In this document: positions 1 to 13,619 of the stretch, in pieces
Numbering within the stretch: position 1 is the stretch's first letter
How the letters are laid out: each line of letters begins with the position of its first letter
Origin: Chrysomallon squamiferum
Lineage: Eukaryota > Animalia > Mollusca
DNA length: 64,000 nt
Assembly: GCA_012295275.1 (NCBI GenBank)
Contig: CM022675.1
Location: 3,472,001-3,536,000, forward strand
Reading direction: 5' to 3'
Notes under the pieces: model-generated
The model's input: only the letters and a program-made list of their open reading frames with translations
Database searches by the model: none
Told to the model about the DNA's origin: nothing
Made by a program: the position numbers and the translations under genes

Positions 1-213
1 CTCAGACACTACAACAAGCTGAGGATTTTTTACAGGAGTCGGTTTGACTCGAGAGAAACACGCTCTACTGACTTGTCGAACATAGTTCTCTTCTTCAGAA
101 TCAATCGGGAGACTTCGTAGAACAAGATTATCAAAGTTTAATGTTTCGAGATTCGACATAGTGCAGCAGTTTTTCAAAATGTAGCCAAAAGGTGCATATC
201 TAGAGAAAGTCAT
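1..213 (-). CDS. SELENOO: Selenoprotein O (protein adenylyltransferase SelO) first coding exon, partial; runs off the left edge; possibly the functional parent copy
   Basis: Minus strand reads (MTFSRYAPFGYILKNCCT)MSNLETLNFDNLVLRSLPIDSEEENYVRQVSRACFSRVKPTPVKNPQLVVVSE, with in-frame ATGs at 213 and 159. It matches the SelO N-terminus (LNFDN..LR.LP.D...R.V..ACFS.V.PTP..NP). It keeps LPID where the two internal copies have LQID. Confidence 0.85.
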   Translation of the reverse strand, partial: MTFSRYAPFGYILKNCCTMSNLETLNFDNLVLRSLPIDSEEENYVRQVSRACFSRVKPTPVKNPQLVVVSE

Positions 214-1490
214 AAATTTGTTTTTTTTGATTTTTGATAACCCATCCAAGTGTATTCATTTAATTTAAATTATTTATCTTCATCCTGAAAAGTAAATTCA
301 GAGATTTAGTCGTGGATTTGTTTATGTATATTATTAGTGGTTAAGCAATTAAACTTTATCTAAGATTCAGTGGAATTTTATAAACTGTATTTTTATTTTT
401 ATTTTTTATTTTTTTGTTACTGTAATTTTTTTGCACACACATTCATACAAGTTTGTAAAAAGAAATAATTACTTATCAACAAAAAGCTAAAGACCATAAC
501 TATGTAATATGTTGTAAAGGTTTTATCAAGTAAGTGAGTATGAGTTACTGTTTTAATATAAAATAATAATAATGACAAAATCATAAAATGTGAGGATTCG
601 ACGAGCACATTCAGGCGAATTTTTAAAAGCTTCTAACATTCGATAAATATTAAATAATATAAATACCAAAACATTAATATTTTTTTACTTATCCAGTCAC
701 CTGTGATGACATGTCAAAGGTGACAAAGATAAAGAATTATAATTTAAATAAACCTTTGATTTCGCCGATCAAACCATAAAAACAACAAACAGGAAGTGAT
801 ATAGTAACATGTATTTTCCACAATCAACTTTGAGAGCATCGAATCGCAGAGTTAAGAAAGGACTTGATGAATTGTGAAATGATAGGGCATTTGGTTATTC
901 ACATAAAAATATGGTTTAGAAAGAGTCCGCCCTGTTTATATAAGCTAACGGAAGGAACAATATTTAAGATTTTTAAGAATGTTAAGACAAAATACATAAA
1001 CGCCAAAATATGAGACAATCGACTTATATATAATTTTTTGAATGCATTTATACGTATTAAAACAAATAAACAACTATATAATTGTTATTATATTTAATAT
1101 TATGGTGCTGTTTGTGTTGTTGTTGCCGCCGTTTTGTTTTCTATTACTGTTATTTTGATTTATTGTTTTCTTGTTGTGCAGGTAAACAAAGAATCTAAAA
1201 TCATTTTACATATCTCAAAATATTTATTCATTCATTCATTCATTCATTCATTTTGTTCAGAACCTGTTTTTGGCGTTTTTATTGTACTGTACAATATATA
1301 ACTCAACATTCCAATTCGTGTTCAAACATCAAATAAAGATAACAAAAGATACAGATATACATAGAATCTTTATTTCATGATTATTTTATATAATTACATT
1401 TAACTTCTTATTATTATGATTTATTTCCTGTTTTAGCTCAAACGCCTAAGGGGGTGAGGAAAATATTACTACTACTACTACTACTACTAC

Positions 1491-1521
<31 letters not shown>

Positions 1522-2618
1522 TTTAATAATAATTTTAATTATAATAACAATAACAATAAAACTAAATGATTTATTAATCCGATTCTATTGTTGTTGGGTT
1601 TTTTTTGGGGGGGGAGTGAGGGGGTGTTTTTGTCTACATAGCTGATTTTTATTTGATAATTAATGTAATTATTTAATTTATAATTATCTGTTTGTAATAA
1701 TAACACACACATATTCACACCTCTTCTCACTGACATTTATTTACATATCTATTTCTGTGTATATGTGTATAGGTACATACACACGTACATCTGTCTTATC
1801 TATCTGCGTATCTGTCTATATAATTGCATAAATATACACATATTTACCTATGGTAACACTAACAGCTGATAAATATTTTGCTGAGTAATTAACTGCGAAT
1901 TACTAATTATTCACAATGATACATAAATCACTATACCTCAAAGTGCAAAAACGATCTACTCTCCCTGTGAGACGTATTTTACTAATTCCAGTTCCAACCA
2001 GTCATCTTGACATGTTTACTTATGTTTATGGTTATTGCAAAATGTACATATATATATATTTGTGTGCGTGTGTGTGCCTCTGTGTGTGTGTGTGTCTGTG
2101 TCTATGAGTGATCAAATGAACGAGTGTAAAACACAAAAATATATTTTTTTAAAGTTTGAGTAATCACATATACAAAATTTCCTCTCCATATATGTTTAAT
2201 CCTTAATCACTTGTATGTCGCCATGCAATTACGTGTTAAAAACGTGTTTAATGTGTCAATTATTACAACATTTCTTCTTCCTATGAAATCAAGAAATCAC
2301 AAAAGAACAGAGAATTATTAACATAATCAACCTCTCACAGAATCAAGGTGGTTATAATCACCACTGGTGTAGTCAACATTACTCAAATCCATGTCAGCGA
2401 TGTTGTAGTCGTCTTCAGTCACAGCAGCGACGTGGTTGTACGTGTCATCATGATAAGATTTCGACTTTGGTGCTGTTGTATCGTAATCACCTTCCATGAT
2501 GTCTCCGATGTGGTTGTATGTTTTGTCATGAGTAGACATGGACTTTTGTTTTGATTCAGTTGTATCATAATCACCTTCAACGTTGCTCTCTGTGTGGTGG
2601 TAGTTGCTATTCTGATTG

Positions 2619-4568
2619 TCAACAATGGGGGTGTGGCCCAGATGTTTTGTTCTTCTTCATCTTTTTGTTTATTTGACTGTAGACATCAGAACTTGATTTA
2701 ACTTCATTGTTTTCATTTAGGACATTATAGTCATCATCGATGTTGTTGTTGTAGCTGTTGTTTATTTGAACATTTCCTGCATTCAGATCAGATGCCAGTT
2801 CGCAGTCACTGGAGTTTGGCTTGGTTGCCATGGTAACATCTGTTAGAGTTTCAAACTCGTAATGTGAATCAGTGTCTGGTTTGATCTCATCGTAATCTGA
2901 CAAGTTTTGTTGATTCACAGATCTGATTTGTCTAGTCATGCTGCTTTCTGGTTTAGTCTGGAAACAAAATTTATATGATCTGAAGTAAAAAATAATTTAA
3001 AAACAAACAAATGAACAAAGCCAAAAAAAATAATAATAATAATAAAAAAATAAAATAAATAGACACACAAGCAAACAAATAAACAAAGAAATATATAATA
3101 AATGAACAAATAAATAAACAAACTGATAGACAAATAAATAAACAAATGAAAAAGTAATAAAAAAATACTAAAGAAATAACAACAAGTATAACAAACAAAC
3201 AAAAATGTATTTCATTGTAGAAATATTCACAGCTGAATTTAAAAAAGAAAAGAAAAAAGCTTGAAAAGTACAAAACAGAAAAGTTTGTATTTACCTTTTC
3301 ATCCAAACTGTCACAACAACAGCTCCAACCACGAGTATAATTAGAGTAATAGAAACACCCACAGCAACACCTACATAAATAAACAAATAAACAAACAAAC
3401 AAACAAATAAATCAATAAATAATATAAACTGTGACATGAATTATAATATAAATAATAATGTAAATAAATATTTATGCACGTTATTTTCTAAATATTGGTG
3501 TATTTTATTAAATTTTCTATTTGTTTAATTTCAAAAGTTATTTATTTGTGTCCTTATTAAATTACACTAACAATGGTTTGATTGCAAATATCAATTAAGA
3601 ATTTAAAGAAATATTAACTAAGTATTTACGTAGTACGGAAGTGAACGGAGTTGTCTCCCTTCCAGACTTTTCTGATGCAGACGACTTGTGACTTGTTTTG
3701 TCTTCTCTTGAAGTTGGAACTAACAAATTTGAATGAGATAAAGTCATTTGTTTTAACAACGTACTAAGAAATATGACGTTGATATTCTTAACAGAACATG
3801 ATCTGAATATAATAATAATTTTAAAAAATGTCTAGTTTATCTGTTAGGTCATTGAAACATTTTAGGTCATCACTCGAATATGCCATTTTATCATCAAAAT
3901 ATTATTACAGAATATAATTGCTTTAGAAATAATCAGGAAAAAATCAACAACAAACAAACCTATCTATCTGTATATCAATAATAATATCTATACATATGTA
4001 TGTATCCATCTATCTGTTTATGTGTATGTCTGTCAGTCCATCAATCAATTTTAATAAATTTCGTGAAATAGAAGTATCCAAAGATTAAAAATACATTTGT
4101 ATTAATACCTGGACTTGAAAGGTTAGATGTTCGAAAATTCGAATCTGTAATATATAAAATATGTAACTACATTCTTAGAAATAATTTTATCAACAGCATT
4201 TAAATAAATGTCAACGTAAGTTTACTATCACACACTGTTAGACCTAACCTTCCTCAGTACACAGCGGCGTAATCCTTTTTTCATGCAGTGCTTCATAAAT
4301 TATTTATCGACGTAAATGTGAATAACCGTCTGTCTGTACGAAAGAGGAACTAACAGAACCGTAGGTTCTCGAAGAAAAGTGTAGCTGAATGCATTTGAAG
4401 ATCATCATATACATCCACTTACTGTTAATTCAGCAGAAAATTATATAATATAATATAATGTTAAGTTTAATATCCAGTAGATGATGATAAAAATTAACAG
4501 GTTTGTTCAGATAAACAAAAGAGGATTAAAGACTCAGATTTTCAAAGAATCAGTAGTTCTAAAAAAAA

Positions 4569-4618
<50 letters not shown>

Positions 4619-7600
4619 CTATTAATAAAAATGGCGGAATTGTGGATACTGCAGTTACTGATTGAAAATGAAATTTTGCCATTTGATAATTTTTCTAACA
4701 ACACGCAGCCATTTTGTGTAATGTTTATATTCAGCGTTTCATCTTCTAAAATTGAAATGATATAATCAGAAGTCCCTTTTATCGACTGATTAATAAATTA
4801 GTTTAAATCAATTTTTGTATTTGTCAGAATAATAATAATAATAATAATAATATAAATAAATAAATAAAAAAATAAATAAATATTGAAATAATTAATTAAT
4901 TAAAACAACAACAAAGAAACCACTCCCATCAAACGAGAAAAATAAAGTAGTAATAATAAGAAGAAGAAGATGAAGAAGAAGAAAAAGGTGGAACTGACAA
5001 ACAAAATCTAATAAAAGTTGTCTTTTCGTTTTAACTTGAACAAAATAACTCACTGAAATGACTGTCAATCCAGCCTATTAGTTTATCACGTTTTAATCCA
5101 ATCCAGTACTCTCTATTTTTACACAAAGTTTGTCTTATTGTTTCAGCGTTGTTTTTGTTTAGTTTTGCTAACACACAGCTTGAATTAGATGAAAACCAGC
5201 TCTTAGTCATACGATGATTGTAACACGATCGATTAGAATACTGCCCTGGACCTGAGTTGAAAAGAAAAAGAAGAAATATGCTGTGTTAAATGAAACAGTG
5301 CTAATCGAATATAAAAAGTATGTGTAAAATTATGTAAGTTTTAGGGGGGTTTATTACTAGTATTATTATATATATATATATATATATAAATTTTTATATA
5401 TTATTAAAAGGAAATTGAAAAAAACAAAATTTACTGAGCGCAGCTATTACGTCTAAAAATATTTTTGGATGAACTTTGTTTTGTCTTCTTGCATTACTAA
5501 GTAGAAGTTGAAACCTTTATTAATATTTCAGTAGACTTATCCGCTGCGTTTAGGAGCTACTGAGAAATATATTTTACCTACCACTGCACTGACTGTTTTC
5601 TAAAGTGAGGGGGGAGGGTTAAACTTTTAATTTTTAATAGTATACGTACTAAGAGGAATAGGATTATAGGTAGGTAAGTTCGATCATTTTTTCAATTCGA
5701 TTTCAATTAATTTGCATATCAGTTGAATATGATGCTTGAATCGAATATTTCTTATTATTGATTATTTCATTCCGAAAGAACGCCAGATTTTTCATTTTTT
5801 ATCACAATTTTCAAGCCTTTGTTTCCAGTTTTTATTCTTAAGTTACAGCTTTTCGCTGTTCCTTAATACTGATACACTTTGTTTTTGTCCAGTTTTAAGT
5901 TAAAAGAAAAATTGGGAATAGAAAACAAATAAAACAACACCCACAGAACCCCCCAAAAAGCACACAAAAACAGACAAACAAAATAAATAACTGAAATTAT
6001 ACCATCCCCTACTCAGCATTAGAAAACAGGTTTAACATGATATTTGACATGACTGACTTATATCTGTACTTATTTGTAAGATAAACACACACACCTGTAT
6101 GTATGTGTATATATATATAAACAGTTATATATAAGCGAGAGTATGAGCGTTCGTGGATGTTTGTGTATAGTTACAATAGGCAATGACCATAAATTGATCC
6201 CAATTGTTACCTATTGTTATATAAAACTAAGCACTCAAGGATAGCAAACAATGAAACAAAATGAGAGACGGAATCATCATATTCTATTGCAGTCTTATGT
6301 CCTGACAAGAGGAGCATTTGCTGTTGACGTATTTCAAAGTCACTATGTCAACCTTCCACCAGATTTTAATTGTAAAATTGTAGATTCAACAAAGGCCTCT
6401 TGTTGTCTCTTAATCATGTCTATGAATTTGAAAATGTTGGGATGACTGCTGCCCAGCGTCTTCAGTTTTCAGTGCCACCCCTCAACGTGATTCGTTGTAC
6501 TGGCACATTTGTTTCGAAATGGTTCCAGACTTTTCTGAGGGAGATTCAATCCAGTGTTTGATGACATACTTCGCAAATCTTAAATCTTGTGGATTCTCTA
6601 GATCGGCTTGGATTCTGAGTAGTTAACTTTAACTTTAATGACACTGACTACAGCGACTGAATAGTTCAGCCATATCACTTAATTCCTTACTAATCCCTAC
6701 AGACTGCGGGCACAAACTGAGGTTAAACCAGTTAAATAATATAAAAAAGTTAAAAACATGTTATATATTGTTTTTAATTAATCAGGTCAGTTTATTAAGA
6801 AGATTCATATACTGTAAGTGAAAATATTCAAAACGTAAACAGTGTTTAAACTATTCAAATATGAACGCTTTGAAACTGGCTTGCAATGTGTAAAATAGTT
6901 TGTATGTCTAAACTGCTTATTAAAATGATTAACTCACAGTTACAAATAAATCCTTTTTTTATCTCACAGTTCTCTTCTGATTTGACAGTTAAACTGCGTA
7001 CATCTTGTTTAACAAATCCACACATACCGTGAATATCCAAATGAACAGTTATATCTGTAAAAGAAATCAAAATATCAAACAAAAAAAAACAACAAAAATA
7101 AACAATTAATTATATACATAATAGTAACAGTGGAATCTCACTAATGATAGAAATAGTTATATTACAATTACTGTAGTAGTAGTAGTAGTAGTAGTAATAA
7201 TAGTAGTAGTAGTAGTAGTAGTGGTAGTGGTAGTAACAGTTTTAGTGGTGATATTAGTAGTATGAAGTGCCTGTAAAAGCTGTAGAATATAATTATAACT
7301 GATATTAACAAAAAACATTGAGGCACAGAGAAAGATGTTACTAATCCTAGGATAATCCTTCTTATAGTTTTATTAAATATTCTTAGAGTTAAATTTAGCA
7401 AGAATTTTTGAATTTTACAAAAATACACTTCTTTCTTTCTTTTTTTTTTCGCGTTTTCAAAGATAAAAAATAAAAAAATAAATTGTTTTTTTTAATATAG
7501 ATTTTATGAAAGTATTTTCGTTAAAGTAAACAAATGAATATAAAAACTAATTATAGCCGTTACGTTCAGATAAATATTGTTTTGTTACCTGTTTGATCGT

Positions 7601-8631
7601 TATTAAAAATCTCAGATTCTGTAGCATCAGTACCTACAACAATAGCAATAAAAATAGCAAATAACATTAACAATAATAATAACAATAAAAAATAATGATA
7701 GTAATAATAACAGGAACAGGAAAAACAAATAATAATAGTAGTAATAATAGTACTAGTAATGATAATTATAATCGTAATAATGACAATAACAATAATGGTA
7801 ATGATGATAATAATAACAGTGCTAATAATTGTAGCTTATTTCGTTACCACCATCATCACTGATGGCTAATTTATAAAGTAAATGTGGATACTTTATATAT
7901 AAATGAGCAAAGTTTACAGATGTAATAAAATGTTACCTATTTTATAAATACTCATTGTGTTTTCAGTCCCGCAGTTTTCTTTGAAGTTTCCCAAACAACC
8001 AGTTTTATTTTCTCTATTAACAAATTCCAATGGAAGCTTAAGCCAGTCTATCAAGTTAAAACAGTAACACTTCTCTCTCTGCAATTCAAACATTTAAAAT
8101 AATAAATAAATGTCAGTGTATAAATGTATGTGTACATCTATGCATGTACATGCAGCTGTGTTTATGCATGCCTTTTTGCATGCATGTGTACGTGTGTGTG
8201 TGCATTTTTCTGTGTCTTTGCTTATGTATTATTTACTTAATCGTGTTACTAACCTGTAATCCCACATATCTTACACTTGAAGTGGTTTGGTGTTGCTGAC
8301 ATTCGTAGTAACATCGACTTGCCTGGTTGTCGTATTTGATTTGATAAAACTGTAAATTTTCTAGTTGTTCATTCACTTCTCCAACATAATGAAATAGTGG
8401 TGTGTTATCCGCTGTAAAACAAAATTAATTTGTTTAATATAATCAGTCATTTTATTATAAAATGAAGTCTGACTCGCACACACATATAGAGAGATACGCA
8501 CTCGAACACACATAGACACACATATTATTAGCTTGACGTTCAATAACTATACTAATAACAAAGAAAACAACAGCATGTACTACTGCAACAATATTAATAA
8601 TAATAATAATAACAATAACAACAGCAACATC

Positions 8632-8662
<31 letters not shown>

Positions 8663-9663
8663 CCGCAGTTTTTATTTAATAAAAGCAATGAAAAAATAAT
8701 TAAAAAAGGAAGAGAGAAAAACAACACAACAGCCGCACAAAAAAAGACAAAACAACAACAAAGAAAAACAAATATATATATTTAATTGTCGTTATTTTTA
8801 TTTTTATCTTAATAAGCTGTGTCAATCAGATATTGCTGTTGTGATCTACTTTACATCACGTGACAAAAGAAATGCTATCTTTAAAGAAGGGAGAAAAAAT
8901 ACTGAAGCTCCTGTTTAGTAAAATCTCTTGTTTAATTTTCTTATTGTGTATATAACGATAGAAAATGCATTGTATTAAACAATATTAACAGATACATATA
9001 TATGGATATTTTTATCATAAATGTACCAATATACTTGCTCATATTAAACAGTAATATAAATTTAATACAGACGAATATTTACAGTCGCCATAACTTTTGA
9101 TCTATGTATTCCTTTACATTTTGTTATCGTAACTGCTCATTTAAACAACTTAATAATTGATATCACCTGTCCACATCCATGAACTGTACTGAACTTTAGC
9201 TCCAATCCAGTAAGATCCAGCTGTGACATCACTCAGTGATGTAATATCTGACGTACTGTACAGTTGTTCTCCATGTTGATGACATGTATAAAACGCTGTA
9301 TCCCATGTGACATTATTTAATATATGCATAGTAGCTGTAATGAAACGGAATATATTTACTTTTAAAACAAACTATAAAATTAAAATCTCTCTCTCTTTGA
9401 CACAAGTGCTTTTCACGGTCAGATATCTAAATATAAATTATATTAATATTAATAATGAATAACTGAAAGACGTTCGTAAATTATTAAAATTATTATACTT
9501 TTTAAAAGATTATTTTCCATCTGAAAATTATAAACATTGGAAAATAAAAACTAACTTCTTTCACGTGTAATTAAAATATTTTACCTGACACAGAAAACAG
9601 CTGACATAAAATCCCGCCGAAAATTGTAAGAAGCAGACGACTTGTACTCCATAGTTCAGCCAT
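2619..9663 (-). CDS. Receptor copy A: SP-CTLD[WSC insert]-CTLD-stalk-TM-Tyr tail, about 531 aa, tail truncated by a frameshift
   Basis: Phase-consistent GT-AG exons: 9663-9585 (MAELWSTSRLLLTIFGGILCQLFSVS), 9334-9167, 8411-8254, 8078-7937, 7633-7589, 7054-6938, 5251-5054, 4745-4620, 4144-4109, 3719-3630, 3370-3295 (TM GVAVGVSITLIILVVGAVVVTVWMKR), 2979-2619. A 4-bp insertion at about 2627-2631 gives GPHPHC-stop. The ancestral tail continues out of frame to TGA at 2327. Confidence 0.8.
6330..6610 (-). mobile_element. Decayed MULE (Mutator-like) transposase fragment in an intron of copy A
   Basis: With frameshifts and a stop, the minus strand reads FAKYVIKHWIE..VWNHF....TTNHVEGWH*KLKTLGSSHPNIFKFIDMIKRQQE. 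This is the typical MULE C-terminal W-N...TNNxxEGWH...HPNI.xF motif. Element boundaries were not resolved. Confidence 0.7.
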
Positions 9664-10069
9664 GACACCCTGTTAACTGTACAAGGAAGTGCAAAATTGA
9701 TCGGTTTTTACAGCCGTTTTTCATTAATAATAATAATAATAATAATAACAACAACAACAATAATAATAATAATAATAATCTTTTTTTTAATTTGGTTAAA
9801 AGATGACAACTTCAAAAACTAATACCACGAAAATATTTATACGTAGATGATTAATAATAAAATATTTTAATCACCGAGGTAGCTAGAACTCGTTTGAAAT
9901 CTTACCCTGGACTTTGTACATTAAAACGCTTTTATCTTTAACAAACCAGGAAGTGAGTGACACAGAGTATTTCGCTGTCCTAAAAAAAGTATAACTTAAA
10001 CGTTCGCACCAAATAAACTTGCTAAATATAGACTATCTACCTATTTGCTTTGTGTTCGTTTTTATGATG

Positions 10070-10192
10070 AAGATGACGACGGCTGTGATAACTGTCTATA
10101 ATTACGACGATGCTGTTATTATATTAAGATGACGACGGCTGTGATAACTGTCTATAACTACGATGATGCTGTTATTATGTTAAGATGACGAC
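10070..10192. repeat. 56-bp tandem duplication (about 2.2 copies) upstream of copy A
   Basis: aagatgacgacggctgtgataactgtctataa(t/c)tacga(c/t)gatgctgttattat(a/g)tt starts at 10070 and again at 10126. Confidence 0.85.
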
Positions 10193-10397
10193 GATGATGT
10201 GATGGAAAATTTAATGATTCTGATAATGGGAATTATGTTATGGTTGGCTGAAATTATTTCAGTATTTAACAGAAACCTTTTTGTTGAATATAAATATTGT
10301 ACACAGTTTTATGCTAGAAATTAATAAATACACGCAAAAACACATACACATATACATACATATAAACACATATATATGCATATACATACACTACGTA

Positions 10398-11602
10398 CAA
10401 ATACCGAACAAAATAAGAAATTTCCGCTAACATTGCTTTAACATAAGTTGACGAAAACAAATTGGAGGAATAATTGTTATATAAGACTTTAAAGAATGTT
10501 CTATTACGCATTGTTTGGTGCAAAAAACATGGCCACAGGTTAAAAGAAACTGGGAGAAATTGTGACCGAGTGTGGTAGGGGTTAAAAAACAACAAAAAAA
10601 CACACTTAATAACGGGTATTACCACCTCTTGAACTGACCACTGCAGTGTATTATAGGCTCATAGAACTGACTAAAGTTTTGATTTCTGACACTGGAATAT
10701 TGTTCCAGTCCTGAATGATCGCTTGACGAAGTTCGTTGATGTTAGGGGTGGGTTGGGACGACGCCTCAGTCGTCTGTCCAGACTTTCCGAGACAGGTTCT
10801 GTGTGGCAGTCGTCAGTGAAATCCATGTTACTGTTTGTGTACACGTGCCCAGTTAAGACGATTTAGACGATGACGTTGTGTTAAAACTCATCCGACGTAA
10901 AGAGTCGTGCATGTAAACCGTCATCTCGCAGACGATTAGAACAGTTTGCCCGCTGATTTGGTTATTATGAAGCCAGGTGTGTTAGCAGCAGAAGCAGTGG
11001 CAGTTTGGAATCGATTACGCAAATGTGTATTCATGACGTAGCGATCTTGACCATGAGTTGTAACACGCGTTGTAACACGCGGACATCAAAGACGAGGCGA
11101 AGTCCTTGGTGCTTCCTGTCAGTCGAAATCTTATGCAGAGATGTCGTATCGCTCGATCAGAACTCCCAAAATGCCTTGAAACCACTTCTCTCGACATGAC
11201 AGCATCAAGCATGCCAATCTCCCGTTCGCGTAAATTATTGGGAATCCTTGGCAAACTGAAAATGATACAATGCCAAAAACATAACGTTATTTTATTTTTC
11301 CTTTTTTTCTTTATTTATTTTTTTTTTTTTTATCCCGTTTTCGTTCACTTTACAACCATGTCAATAAGACAAGTAAATAAACTGGCCGAATACTACAAGG
11401 GACATGTGGAACAATTAATGCACGTGCAAACTGAGTTTCACGTTGTCGACGATTAACAGTGCAAAATAATCGACAAAATTCATGAATCCTGATAATACAG
11501 CCAAATCTAATACTACCTACATAACTTCATTGCACAATACATTCTTTAACACAACAAATACTATATGTATAAAACGGAAGTTTCTTTAATTTTTTCAGGA
11601 TG
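10398..11602 (-). mobile_element. Defective Tc1/mariner DNA transposon, about 1.2 kb, DDE core largely deleted
   Basis: N-terminal HTH MPRIPNNLREREIGMLDAVMSREVVSRHFG..IRFRLTGSTKD (11254 down). ISGQTV / NRLRDDGLHAR near 10900-10960. C-terminus LDRRLRRRPNPP..NELRQAIIQDWNNIP..EIKTLVSSM....SRGGNTRY* ending at 10606. Degenerate TIRs caaataccgaacaaaataagaaatttccg (10398) and cggaagtttctttaattttttcaggatg (to 11602), flanked by TA. Confidence 0.85.
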
Positions 11603-11810
11603 TATATACGTGTTTATCATTTTGTATGTATGTTTAGATAAACACACATACACGTGTGTTTATATAGATGCACATATCTACCCAGATGCATGTACACATA
11701 GGAAGACACTAGCATATACATATACATAACAATTATTCCGTCACTGAGGTCTGCTTTTCTCTGTTTCTTTTTCTTTTAGTTTTTTATTATTTCTTCAGAT
11801 CACCTTTTTC

Positions 11811-11990
11811 TTAATCGTCGATAACGTGAAACTCAGTTTGCACGTGCATTAATTGTTCGACATGTCCCGTGTAGTATTCGGTCAGTTTGTTTACTTGTTT
11901 TACTGACATTGTTGTCAAGAGAACGAAAACGGTAAAAAAAAAATGTAAAAGTTAAAAAACAAAAATAGTAAAAATAAAATAACGTTTTTT
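11811..11990 (+). repeat. Inverted copy of the Tc1 5' subterminal region (about 11283-11456)
   Basis: ttaatcgtcgataacgtgaaactcagtttgcacgtgcattaattgttc... at 11811 is the reverse complement of ...gaacaattaatgcacgtgcaaactgagtttcacgttgtcgacgattaa ending at 11456. Confidence 0.85.
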
Positions 11991-12120
11991 CTTTCAACGT
12001 CAGAAAAGTCTGATGTGAGATTTCAAACGAGAAATAGCTACCTCGGAATAACTGTTATATAGTATGTCCTTGTGTTTTTCTGTGTATATATCCATGTAGG
12101 TAGATTGTGAATTTACATAA

Positions 12121-12182
<62 letters not shown>

Positions 12183-12929
12183 TTACATAAAAATAATAAA
12201 AAAGTGAAAAGAAAACGAAATCAGTGACGGAATAATTGTTACGCAGTAGAAGCCAGCGTGTTTCTGTGTATATATTACAATACATAGATATACACATCTA
12301 AGTAAACATACGTGTGTGTGTGTGTGTGTGTGTGTGTATAAATCTGTGTGTGTTTGTATATATATATATATATTTATGAAAGTAGATATGTGCATCTAAG
12401 AAGATACATTTGTGTATATTAATACACACACGTACACAAACATACTCACACAGACACATATACATATATAAGGATGTGTATATACATACTGAGCGAGGTG
12501 TGTATATTTGAGTATGTGTCTATGTATATATGTTGTGGATATGTGAATGTACGTGCGTATCTGTGTCTGTATTTGTGTATGAATGTATGTACACATGTGT
12601 ACATTGTGTTGTATGTATGTATGTATGTATGTATGTGTATGTATAGGTGTATTTATTAGATTCTAGGCAGACAACGTTGCACAATAATTATATTAAACAC
12701 AAATTCCAGTTTCTGTTAACTATTTAAATAATTTCAGCCAGCCTTTCCATCTTTCTCATTATTATCATCACAATATCATCATCATCATCTTAACATAATA
12801 ACAAATTATCATAATTATCACCATCATCGTCGCCGACTTCATCTTTAAAAACGAACACAAAGTAAACAGGTAGGTAGTCTATATTTAGTAAGATTATGTA
12901 ATAAAGACGTGTGAGTTATTTTCTTTCTA

Positions 12930-13170
12930 GGACAGCAGACACACTCTGTTCACTTCCTGGTTTGTTAAACACAAAAGTGTTTTAATGTACAAAGTCTAAC
13001 GTAAGATTTAAAACGAGTATTAACTACCTCGGTAATTACGATCAACTATTTTCGTTTATCACTAGAGTTTTTGAAGTTGTTATATTGTTTTACAAAACTG
13101 ATATTCATGAAAACGAGTGTTTGTGAAAATAGATCAATGGTTTACTTCCTTGTACAGCTAGCAGGGTGTC
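12930..13170 (+). promoter_or_regulatory. Putative promoter and non-coding first exon/intron of copy B
   Basis: Block conserved upstream of A, B, C and E: ggacagcagacac..cacttcctgg (ETS-type core at 12951, clear in A and B)...aatgtacaaagtcNNN|GTAAGA donor (13001), then a polypyrimidine acceptor ttacttccttgtacAG just before the ATG. Confidence 0.45.
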
Positions 13171-13422
13171 ATGGCTGAACTATGGATTACAAGTCGTCTG
13201 TTTCTCACAATTTTCTGCGTGATTTTTTGTCAGTTGTCTTCTGCGTCAGGTAAGATATTTTAATTACAAGTGAAATAATTTTATTTTTATTTTCCTATTT
13301 TTGTGTTTATAAAAAGCACTGAGACTTTCCGATTATTTTTAATAATTTACGAATGTAAGTATGCTATTAGCAATTTTTAAATTTTATTTATATTTAGAGT
13401 TCTGACCCTCAGCGGCACTTCT

Positions 13423-13473
<51 letters not shown>

Positions 13474-13551
13474 ATTTTAAAGTTTGTTTTATAAGTAAAT
13501 ATATAATTCATGAAATTTATTTATATATGAAATAAATAAAATTAGATGACA

Positions 13552-13619
<68 letters not shown>

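Noticed and set aside
1454-1645. Poly-Leu/Ile, poly-Tyr, HT-repeat and YVCM-rich ORFs throughout (e.g. 1454, 12055, 17268, 18429, 30463, 45308, 46989, 63730)
   Set aside because: Translations of (TAA)n, (CA)n, (TA/TG)n and (CT)n microsatellites, with no splice or homology support.
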